DNA of 64,000 bases, taken from the NCBI RefSeq assembly GCF_018977255.1, contig NW_024704831.1:124001-188000 (forward strand), written 5' to 3'. The notes under the pieces were generated by a model, which made no database searches, had not been told where the DNA came from, and saw only the letters and a program-made list of their open reading frames with translations. This DNA comes from Callorhinchus milii. Its lineage: Eukaryota. The translations under genes and the position numbers were made by a program. Shown in pieces: positions 11,901 to 22,832 of this stretch; the first letter of the stretch is position 1, and every line of letters begins with the position of its first letter.

Positions 11901-14900
11901 TTAGGATAAGGCAGTTTAGTATTGTATAGTTGTGGGTATCCACTATTAGGAACGATATAAAACCAATGGAAAAGATACAGTGTACATTCAGGGATGAAGA
12001 GGTTCTGTTATAAAGGAGAGAATTAATAATATTTGCATTTGATATTACACCGAGAATGTCAAATACATCTCAAAATGCTTCACAGGGAATTGTTGTCAAA
12101 TGTAGGGACTGTGAAATTGTAGCAGCCAAATTGCAAAAGGCAAGGTGCCTCAAATAAGAGGGAGAAGAACATGGCCATTATTTAGCTACTCTGACTTAGT
12201 AACTTAGACAACAGTTACCTTCTCACTTCCATGCAGGACTCCGATCTGTCCCAGATTCCCCGACATTTGGCCTTCAATGGAAGAAAGTGCAAGCATAGGG
12301 CCAGTTGGTAAAGGAGGCCGACAACTTGCAAGCTTTGACAGAACGGCACTGGCTAACTTCTGATATACCAGACACAGAGAGATGGTTCTACCCGATTGGC
12401 ACAAGATGCCAGATGTCCCTACCTTCCTCCGGGCTCTGTACAAAATCAAAAGGACAGAGATTCAGGGTTATGCAACAAACAATCAAACACAAATACAACA
12501 AACTTGTATTTATATAGCGCCTCTCATGCAGGGTCAAGGAACAGGGATTAATTACAGCTTTTCATATCACTGGATGCCTCAACCCGTTTGATAAGACATG
12601 TAAAATGTAGTAACTATGTAATTTGTAAGTGAATGCAGGAGCTTGAACTCACAACCCTCTGCCTCAGAGGCAAAAGTGCTACCAACTAGGCCAGGATGAC
12701 ACCTTAAATCATCATTAATTTTGGAAGTAAAACATTAGTTGTCTCAATATGCAGATGGGATCTCTGCACGAATGAGGTGTGAAGGTTATGTGGACAGTTA
12801 ATCTAGTTCCAAATAATCTGAAGATTTAATGTATTAACTTTAGGATTTTTATTGAAGCAATGTTCCTCTCTTTTACCTGACAGCACCAGGATACAGTTTA
12901 ACTGGCTTCACTTGCTAAAATTCTTAGCAAGTGAAGCCAGTTAAACTGTATCCTGGTGATTCTTCTTTCCAGTTTAACATTGATTACATTGTCAGATGTG
13001 TGTCAATGCAAGTCTCTACTCTCCTAGACCTCGCGCACAGCTGTCTATACATTTCTTGAGCACACATGCCTGCTCCACTCTGGATGCCATCAGCTTGGTT
13101 CCAAAGGTTCACAACTAATTAAAAAGACAGAAGTGAGCTTATGGTATACGTGGCCCACCCCCAGGTTACGCGCAGTCTTATACTCTTTTATATTTTTCTT
13201 TTCAAATATTTTACTAATTGCCTTTTGAAAGCTATTATAAATATCTCCTATTGTCTCTTCTTCTTGGTCGCATGCTGCCTGGTGGAACTGAATACTGTAT
13301 TCAACTCAACATGTGGATCATTGTAGTACCTGGTGTCTGCCACCAGAGATCGCTGACTCACTACACAATGGAGAGGACCTCAGACTCGGCAGATCACAAG
13401 GTTGCTTTGGATGAGGAATGCCCTTCACCACAGTTCATCCTTCCAGAATATCCACCACCCTGCTGACCTCCCATTACAGCGTCAAGCTTTTATTTTTAAA
13501 TGAGTCCAGCATCCTGGCCTCACGTTCTGATAACCTAGTTATCATTCTCTGGGTAAAACAATATTTCCAGGTGTCTGTCCTGAAATTGCCCCTTTGCAAC
13601 CCTGCGCCTTCTCGTTCTGCTAGATCAGCATATTCCAAAATACCGCTTTGAGTTAACTTTCCTAATCCTATTTAAAATTTTATATTGCTCCATAAAGTCC
13701 CTTCTGAACACCTCTTTCCAAGACTGAAGAACCTTATGAAAGCAGAATCTCCACAGCTCTAGGTCCTGGAGGACATAGTTCGTTTCTAGTTTACTAAAAA
13801 CAATCTATTTGGAAGAAATAATAGAAACAGGAGTAGACCATTCAGCCCCTCGAGCCTGTTCTGCCATTTTATAAGATCATGGCTGATCTGTACCTCAAGT
13901 CCAGTTTCCCACCCTTGTCCCATATCTCTTAATACCCTGACCTCACAAAGAACGAGTTGAATTTTTCCCTATATTAAATAGCATAGCTCTAAACTGCTGC
14001 AGACCTCCCTTCCTTCAGCTTTCGCTAGACTTAGTCCCAGGTACAGATCCCTCCTGCAGTTCTGAATAGGCTCAGACCTGTACATCCCTGTGTCCATTGG
14101 TAGTGCAGTTGTAAAAGCTGTAGCATTGCGTGCCACTAAGGAAGCACTTTTTCATACTTTTAACACGTCGCTTTTCTATAATGCACTGGCATGTGACCTT
14201 CCGTTCAACAACTAGTCTCCATGCCTTAAAACACCTGCAAGATACAAATACACAATAAGGCAGATACTGAGCAAGTGTCTCGCTCAGGTAGAATGGGTCG
14301 CTCTGACAGTATTCTGCATAAACTTACAATGAGATTTACCAGTGAATCTACCTCGCTGTTGCCAGCTGCTCCATAAATACACGCTACTGGGCAACCCTAA
14401 ATCATAATAATCCTTATATTTGATATAACATCCATAATGCATTTCACAAGGAATTGCTGTCAAGTGACTGTATAAGTAGGCAAACATGGCAGCCAATTTG
14501 CGCACAGCAAAATCCCTTAATTGTCAAGGGACCTTTAACATCCATCCAAATAAACAGACTAGAGCTGGGAATAACATCTCATCTGAAGAAAGGCACCTCT
14601 GACAATACAGTGTTCCCTTCAGTACTGCACTGCTGTCCATGTGGACTATGCGGATTCAACACTAGAGACTCCACCTGCGGGCTTCTGACAGTATGGCAAT
14701 AATCCAGAATATTTCACTTGACGGTGATCATCAGGCACAAAACATGCAGTGTTAAACAAGCTCAGCTCACAGGTTGGTTCCAACAAGAGGAATTAAAATG
14801 TTCCCACTTACTGATAGTGCAAACGCATCACACTCAGTGCTGGTGAGCCTTCAGATGGTTTCTTCCAGAATGCAAGAGCTTTAGTTTCAGTCAGCTGCTC

Positions 14901-17900
14901 CACCTGCAGCGTGAGCCATTCCTTCATGTTTACAGCAAATGGTTCCTCAGCAGCAGCCAGAGATTCAAAGGCTGCCCTGCATGGACAAATGCTGACTATG
15001 TCTCTCCACTGAGAAAAAACATCAAAATTATTGTCAGAGGTTAATTACGTGAGAAATTTGTTATCCCAAGTTTTTAAAGACACCGGTGGACAAGAAAATT
15101 TATTCTTTACAAATCACACTCACCTTTACTACTCAAACAGAAACCATGCTACTGGTAATACTCAAAGCCCCTGTTTGATGATCGTGAAAGTCAAGGCCAT
15201 TGCTATACTCACCTGGCTGAAGTAATAAGCTAGGAGTCGTGCTTGCTGCCTTCTCTCCAAAAGCTCTGCCTGCTTTCGCCGGAGTTCCACGGCCCAGCGC
15301 AGTGCCTGTAGCCCTTTCCACAGCAGCTGCTGTTCTTGCAAAGACTCGGCTGCAAGGTAACGCCACTTCACAATACTGGACCATGCCCTCAAACACCTGG
15401 ACACAAGCCCTTGCTGATACAACTTCAGAGACCTGAAACAACAGAGCTTTCTTACACTATACTCTATACAAGCTCCTATGTAGAGGAACAGCACCAAACT
15501 GATCAATCCAACCCTCTTTGTGACCAATGACTTTTGGAACTTGAAGGAAGTTTCTCTTAGTGTCCCTGCCTCAAAAATATTCTAGATAAATTGGTTATTC
15601 AATTTATGTCTTCTTGTGGGACCATGCTGTTGTTAATAATTCGACAGCCAGTGGTAAGAGTATAGAGTTTATTGCATAAGATGAAACATAAGGTTTAACA
15701 AACTGTAATCAAATTATACTACATATAACACGATAACAATACAACACATCTATGTGAGCAAAATATTTACCACATAGCATGCACACAGGGGTTGCTCAGT
15801 TCTCCAGACAAACAACACACCTCAAAATACACAGCAGATATCAGCTCCTGGAAAACCCTCAGGGACAACTGATTCTGTAGCGCAAAACTTCGGAAGACAG
15901 ACAATTCCCAAAACTGTCTTTTTCCCGGAACCAGTACGGAGTTCAGCCTCTGGAATCGTCCTTTAGATATAGCTGATCCTCACAGTACCTTGCAGTCCTT
16001 AGTACTGACAATATAGGGACGACAACACACACAAAGACAATCCCCAGTACTGTCTTTTAAGTATTGACAATATAGGGACGACAACACATATTCGGCACTG
16101 TTTCGTAGTCCAGCTAAACAGTAGACCTGGGATTACACCTTGACATGCACTGGAGAGATCACAGAACTAATCATACAGAATCACAGAGAGTGGCTCCTGG
16201 AAACCCAACAGAAACAATCAGCTCTTAGCCCAGCACCTCACTCGTACTGTCTAACCTGACTTCTGTGTTTCAAACCGCTACTACTGTTACTACTTCTATG
16301 CCTAGCAGACAGAACCGAAAACATATTATCCACTACTCCTCCTCTTTCAGTTTTCATGATCACTTTCTTACTGGAGGTAAATTCCCTCACCCCTGTACAT
16401 ACACATAGATACAGCAGAATCAATATCGAAGTGTGCTGACCCTCCACACAACTCAAAGGCCCTCTACATAACTCAAACAATTTCAAAGTTACATCCTTCT
16501 TTTATGAGTTTCTAACTCCATCTTCCCTCGTCATAGAGATAGCCCCCACTCTTCGCAGGCTGCTTTGCACAGAAAGAGATATGGACAATTTCCACAGTCT
16601 GCTTGTTTCTCAGCCTTGAGACAGGGGTCTGAGGCTGCAGCCTTTTTTTTCTGTGGTCCATTGTTCTTACATCTATGCTCAAGGACCTGACTGCTCAATA
16701 TCTCAGAGGAGTGAGCATCTTCCCAGGAAAATATGAAATGTAATCAGAAGCTAACCTCAACCTGTCCAGCAAAGTTACTTTTAACCATTTAACTATCAAA
16801 CCTTCTGGAACTTTTAGTTGCTGTTTGAAATAATCCAATTTATCCCGAGGTGATAGTCAATATATTTCAATACTGTGCAAAAAACTGACTGATGCTTTTT
16901 CCTTCAAATATAGTCAGTACACTTGACAATAATTACTAGATAATAATTAGACAATAAAACATTTTCAGATGTTTTGACCTTGTAGGCGATATATATCAAA
17001 TTCAAGGATTTTTAAAGTGTTGTTACATTTTAAAGGGTCAAAGAAATTCGAACACAATTAACCAATGAATCTTCCAATTTGGAACAACAACCTGCATTTA
17101 TAAAGTGCCTTCCCATCGGACATAACGTCTCTGAGAGCTGGAAAACGACACACAGCAGAATTTAGTTTTGATGGACTCTGTAGCTGTTCCCAATGTAGAA
17201 ATTCCCAGCCACCAGCAAACCATGCCGCATGTCTAGATGTGGTATCCAAGAGTGAGCAGAATCCCAGTCACAGCCAAACATGAGCCACCAAAGTGACATC
17301 CACCCAGATCTTTTGAGGCCCAACATGATAGCTTTGTACCAAGCCTCTCTTTGTCCAGCTGAATAACTAGACTCCTACATGACCACATGCCAACTTCGCT
17401 ACAAGCTTTACTTGATTTTTTCTTTTAGTAACTACAACTTAAAAAAATCATAATATCCCAATTATTAAAATGAACAATGAGCCTTAGAACAACCCTGTAT
17501 AAGTGACAAAACTGTAAAGCAGTTAGTTATACCATACAACATTTCTAATGTGCTTTTCAGATATAATAGTTTAATTTCAGAAACACTCAGACGCAGACAG
17601 TGAAACAAAACTGCATGTAAGATTTCAATCCATTAGTGGTGAGATTTTCTGGCACTTCAGATTCATTTCCCTCTCCAAATGTAATCTATCACGATTAGTA
17701 AGATTTATTCTGTACCAGCCTGCATCTACCCACTATGTCTCCATCTGCGTTCATCTCCATAGAAACGCAGGAGAACACAAGTCACCCCCGCTGACCCTTT
17801 GTCTAGTTACAGCAGCAACCAGCGAGAGAACAGAAAATGCTCCACTGAGCAGGAGCACTTAATGAACTCCAACTGAGAGGGGAATCGATCTCCTAACTAA

Positions 17901-20900
17901 ATTCTCTCCCAAATAGTGCTCTGTAATCACCCAAACTCTTCATTTCCATAGGCACTCAATAGATAAGCTCCCAAGGTCATATTGTAAAGGCACGTTGAAG
18001 GGGCAATAGACCCTGTTGGCAACTTAAAGTCAATATTTATCAATGGGAACATTTTAGTGATTGTACATTACACAAAATATGCAGTCAATCCACTTTACAG
18101 TATATTCTGTGAAGTACTTTGAGATGTCTTGACAACGTGATAAACCACTATATCAAATGCAAGGATTATTATTATTATTATCTATCACCTTTTATCTCTG
18201 TCATTTTGCAGGGTCAACACTGAGATTGCACAAAAAGCCAGTTCCAATTTTGAAAGCATCATTAGAGGGAGGCCATTGATTAGGGCGGTGCTGATAATTG
18301 AATGAAGCTAAACAATTGCCAAGCACAGTAAAGATACAGCGACAGCCCCTCGCTGGCATTATTAAACTGGGCTGTTAAAGCCTGTACATCACCAGCTAAA
18401 GTGTGAGGCAAACAGCTCTCATGCCTCCCATCTTGGCCTGCAAATTCAGGAGAATTGAGTGGATAATTCGCCCATAAAATATACAGTCAATTCACTTTAA
18501 GTATATTCTGTGAAGTGCTTTGAGAGGACTAGAAGACGTGATAAGGCATTATATCAAATGCAAGGACTATTATTTATTATAATTACTCTGCACCTCTCTG
18601 CCACACCATTTTAGCTACCAAAAACATCTGACAAAACAAAGAAGCTGCCAATGCATCTCTACAAAAGGGTCGATACTAATCACTCTCATGTTATCTTCTT
18701 CTACCACCACCTACTCCCCCCATGACCCCTGGCTCAGACTCCATCCCAAGCTGTGCAGGCAAACAACAGCAATTGGTGCTGAACATCTTCATTACCTCCT
18801 TTCCTCTGCTCAGTTGCCCAGTTGTGTTTTCCATACATATTACAAGCTATCAATACAAAAAGTATCATAGACTAGAAGCTCCTGGGATGACAATGATGTT
18901 TGACACATATACACACACAAAGAATACAACCTCATTAATAATTCTGCACCAAATCTTTTACACTTCCCCCTCTCTGAACTCTAATCTCCAATTGCTTCCA
19001 CACACGCTGAAGCGTCAGGAGATAATAAGTGGAACAAATCAACTCTGAAAGAAAAGTGTGTTACATTACACCCTTGTAACTACTTAACACACGCAAGTGT
19101 TGATTTTAATTAGAAAAACTTATCACCGAATTAGCACTGTTTCAATTGCTCATGCCCTGACAGGAATGAACACTCCATAATTAAACTTTTTTTAGAACTC
19201 GGTCATTATCTCAACGCACTGCCTGCAATTTGCCATCTGCGACTTGCAATGAAAATCATAAGTGTAGGAGCCAAAATTTACATTAATTAGGCCTTTGTGC
19301 TGTCTGCTTTGACAGGCTGAAATTGAATTTTACAAAACCACAAAGGAACGTCACCGGGAGATTGGGCTGTACAGACCGCAGATAAGTTAATTAGTTTCTA
19401 ATGAAATTTGCAAGCACCGTGGGTTTGGTAATGAGCTGAACAAACACTTGATGAATTGTAAAGCTACTTGGTCCAGTGATGTGTGCAATCTGTGCTGATT
19501 TCCACCAAATCTCCAACTCTGGTTACCTAAACTCAATCAGGCTCTTCAATCGCAGGACATCACATACACACCATGCACAGTTTCTTATATAGAATGGGAT
19601 CTAATCTACTAATGGCATACTGTCCGCAGTTCCACTTTAAAGTGAACCTCCACAGTCTCTTCCTATTAATAGCAGTTTGGGGTTTCCGTCTCTCTCTCTC
19701 TCAGCAACATAGCATCCCAAACTGTACAAAGTACCACGCTCACTGGGGAAGAAAAGCATGATCCTGGGCCCACTAGCTTTATATTATATTTACTATAAAA
19801 CAAACGCAGCTGCAGAACTGCCTGTCATGGGTCAAGGAGTCATGTCTTCTAAAAGGTTGAGCACTCACTACAGATACTCTGTTGGCTAGACTTAGAATTG
19901 TTGTTCCTGAACCTGGAACCAATCTGCCCCATTCACACTGAAACTCCCAACAAGATATTCCCCACACCTGACCTGGGCTCTGTTCTCTCCAAGCAATTAT
20001 TTGTGCCATAATTAGTATGTTTTTTTCTGTGTGGACAGTTTGTTTGGTACAGTCTATCCCTGCTGGTTGTAATTGATACAGCACTATCAATATATCTCTC
20101 ACTGTCCCCACGACCCTCAACCACTGAAAGAATTAATTCCTTAATTACATGATTAATCTGCTGACACAACACCAATCCTGGGACTTGTCTCTGAGATGGG
20201 CTCAGTGAGTGGAATGAAACCTCAATCATTTCCAGATTCTGGCCTTGAATTTTTTGTTTTGGGCAAAAAGTTATGGAATTCTGCCAAACAGTTTCAAATA
20301 CCTATTTAAACTATTTAAATTGAACAAAATTATTCAAAAATCTGGTACCTTTCCTCTGATCTCCCCACAGAAACATCTTGGATTGCTGGCCTCTGAAACA
20401 AAAATACAGTTTCAATATTCGTGCAAAAGAGAAGTGTTTTGCCTAATTATCTCTCTCATAATCCAAATTCACTCTAAAACATTCTTATAAGTCTTATACT
20501 CTTTTCATTGCTTTGTGTGGACCTTTGAGACTTCAAATGTACCGTTGCATTCAGCTACATAAAATTCACTTCATTTCAAATTATTTTGTGAAAAACTGAG
20601 ACACCTTTTAATGTGAAAGGCAATGCATATCGCTACGTTGTATAGAAGCAAGAGGTCATGGGGGTTAAACACTTCTGTTATTCCTCTTAATAAAGATAAC
20701 TAGAAATAGTATCCACAGAGAACTACTTGTTCCTCACTGACTGCTTCATTCAGGATCCTTTTCAGTTATAAGCATATTGATAGCTAACTTTACTTTGGGT
20801 TAAGTTTTTCACCAGCTGATTAATGAGTCAGGTTAGAATTGGCAGCACTCCGAGTAAAGGGTGTGTGTTCCTCCATTCTTTGTAATGTGCAGCATTAATC

Positions 20901-22832
20901 AAATAGGGACGGTGCTCAGGTCGCTATAGAAACATCTGAGGAGCAAACTGACCTGGCTGGAAACCTGTAATAGCAAGGATTGTACCTTTATAAGTGCTGA
21001 TGTAGAAACAGGTAGAACAGAAGAACATGCCCTTCTATATTTATATTAGGGCACCTTGAAATTCACTGCCTCATGTTAATGTTACTAAATAGATTGGAAG
21101 GTATTAAAACAATGCTGATGGCAGGTTTTTACCTGCAGGGTAAAGGATTGCGGAGGACACTTTCAAGGAACATTACTTCCCAAAGCATCTTTCAATATCA
21201 GTTTGTGGGAACAAGTACATTCTCCACATCCAGGCTTCACAGAACTGACCTCTCCTTGTTTAGGCTCCTCCTTACTCTGAGAGTTGGAATCATCAAAGGA
21301 ATCCAAGAATAATGGAGCTCTCAGGTCTCTGAGTTTTACATCTGGTTTCCTGTTCAGTCCCCTCCCGCTCCCAAACCTTGTGGACTCCAGATCAGATTTT
21401 TCCTCTTTCCGTGCATCTTTTCTCAAGTTTCCTAGAGGCTCAGTGCATTGATCCTGTAACAGGCTGGAAAGAGACTCAGCCTGGATTCTGTCTGCTGCAG
21501 GTGAGAGACCAGTCTGGGTTCCAGTTGTATAATCAGATAAGGTTATTGACCTTATGGGAAAATGACACAAAAGATCGTCACAACCACCACTTGCTGTGCA
21601 GCCGGAGGGATGCAAATCTTTTGTGTTGTCAGGTGAGATCAATGAGGCTTTCAGTGACATAGTCAATACACTGGGACCTCTCGATTGACAAGAATGGTCA
21701 TAGTTTTCTGCCGAAACATCAGCTTCTGTTTCCGTTCTGCAACAGTTGCTGGTCTCACTTCTACCAGAAGCACAAGGTAACTCGGGTGGACATGACTGGC
21801 ATTTATTATTCAAGGTCTGGAGAGATGGCTTCCACACATTTTGTGAAAACGTACCAATTTTACCATGTGCAAGACAGGGATCACAGTTATTAATGCAGTA
21901 CTGAGTTTGTAGGACATTTGTGCAGTTCCTAAAACTTGGATCTACCTCTTCAGCCCTTTTCGGCTTTCCATCCCCAAAAGTTAAACTTGAAGTCCAGACC
22001 TTCAATGAGCTGGGACTTTGAGATTCTCCTGAAACAAATTCTGCTTTGTAAATGTCTTGCAGGCTGAGCATTGAGCGGTGTAGGCTTGCAGAGGTCTGGG
22101 AGGATTTCAGGATGGAGCGCAGTGTGTCAGACTTGTGGTGACCCGCTGAGAGGCAAGATGTTCTGAGATCTGCCATGGTGAGATTGCGCTGGAGGGAGTT
22201 AGGAATCGTTGATTCATAAAAACGATCAGAAACCTCTGAGAACCTTACATGAGCATCACCATCCACCTGTCCAATTCGTAACTGTAATGGAAGCAAATTT
22301 TCTTCCTTGTGAAGAAAACTCTTATTTTGTTTCTTCCACAAATTTTGTTTCATTTCAACAAAGCCTTGATTGCTGGACACACGGACATCTGGTATCAATA
22401 TTCCTGAATTCCTGGCTGAAAGGCTCTGATCTTTTCCCAAGTGTTTGGATTCATTTGGGAAATGGAGAATGGAGATCGAGTTAGACTGGCTTCTGTTGAT
22501 AGTATTTTGGGGACTGTATTTCCTCCTGCTGTGCTCTATGTTGGACTGCTGCCCGTGGCGCAACAGCGTTAATGGCATCAATGCCATTTCTGGCTGCTCC
22601 AGATGCTGAGACATCAGGTTGGTTTGTACCCATTGTTTCTTTTGCCTCTGATCCCTCAGAATTGCCTGCTTTGCAATATGCACAGTACTGCTTGCTGGCC
22701 AATGTTGCTCATTGATCCGACCAAATGTCTGACTGCAGGTTGTCCTGGCGGTAGGCCTGTGAAAGAGACCCGCTACTAATGGTTTCTCTGCATGAATTTG
22801 CACATTTATATTCTCCTGAATGTTTTTGCATT
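5975..22832 (-). CDS. C1orf167: C1orf167 ortholog, start exon not located. Exons (minus): 22832-21177, 20123-19973, 15432-15213, 15008-14812, 14234-14078 (1-nt frameshift), 13114-13030, 12435-12219, 11821-11639, 10986-10784, 9644-9436, 9171-9027, 8433-8232, 7965-7835, 7340-7205, 6612-6502, 6046-5975(TGA)
   Basis: Syntenic position and orientation between MTHFR and AGTRAP. The 546-aa open large exon has VQTNL, QQSN and LTMADL motifs, and GLQALRWA and CFKAWR segments resemble C1orf167 as recalled. Splice phases chain through all listed exons if one base is restored near 14137. The large-exon donor and the exons at 20123, 13114 and 12435 are less certain. Confidence 0.8.
7367..7636 (+). mobile_element. 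Diverged tRNA/Deu SINE copy
   Basis: GGAGTCCTGTAGCGCAGTGGTT head through GCGCTATATCAAATGCAAGGATTATT tail. Confidence 0.85.
10059..10388 (+). mobile_element. Young full-length SINE: tRNA-Ala(TGC)-derived head, Deu-like core, L2-like 3' end, (TTA)n tail
   Basis: A box TAGCTCAGTGG, anticodon arm CTCGC-TTTGCAA-GCGAG, B box GAGTTCAATTCC, core TGTGGGACATTGCTGTGCGCAATTGGCTGCCGCGTT. Near-identical to the copies at 51878, 57281 and 63264. Confidence 0.93.
11390..11517 (+). mobile_element. CR1-like LINE 3' end fragment
   Basis: GCCATGATTTAAT...GAATGGCCTCCTCCTATTCTTATGTT resembles a CR1 3' UTR; a similar fragment lies on the opposite strand at 13821-13945. Confidence 0.55.
12884..12958. repeat. Perfect inverted repeat, 35-bp arms and 5-nt loop
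   Basis: CACCAGGATACAGTTTAACTGGCTTCACTTGCTAA-aattc-TTAGCAAGTGAAGCCAGTTAAACTGTATCCTGGTG. Confidence 0.97.
13821..13945 (-). mobile_element. CR1-like LINE 3' end fragment
   Basis: ATAGAAACAGGAGTAGACCATTCAGCCCCTCGAGCCTGTTCTGCCATT...GATCATGGCTGATCTG is a typical reverse-complemented CR1 3' terminus. Confidence 0.6.
15631..16872 (-). mobile_element. Probable solo LTR (1242 bp) inserted into a SINE remnant
   Basis: CTGT flanks both ends (15627-15630 and 16873-16876). Starts TGTT and ends TTTCAATA, a degenerate TG...CA. Minus-strand AATAAA at 15673-15668. Internal direct repeats. Removing it rejoins a Deu-SINE core (TGTGGGACCATGCTGT|GCAAA). Confidence 0.7.

Noticed and set aside
15900-16090. Spaced direct repeats of about 30 bp resembling a CRISPR array
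   Set aside because: Only two imperfect copies, inside a probable LTR in a vertebrate genome; no cas genes.
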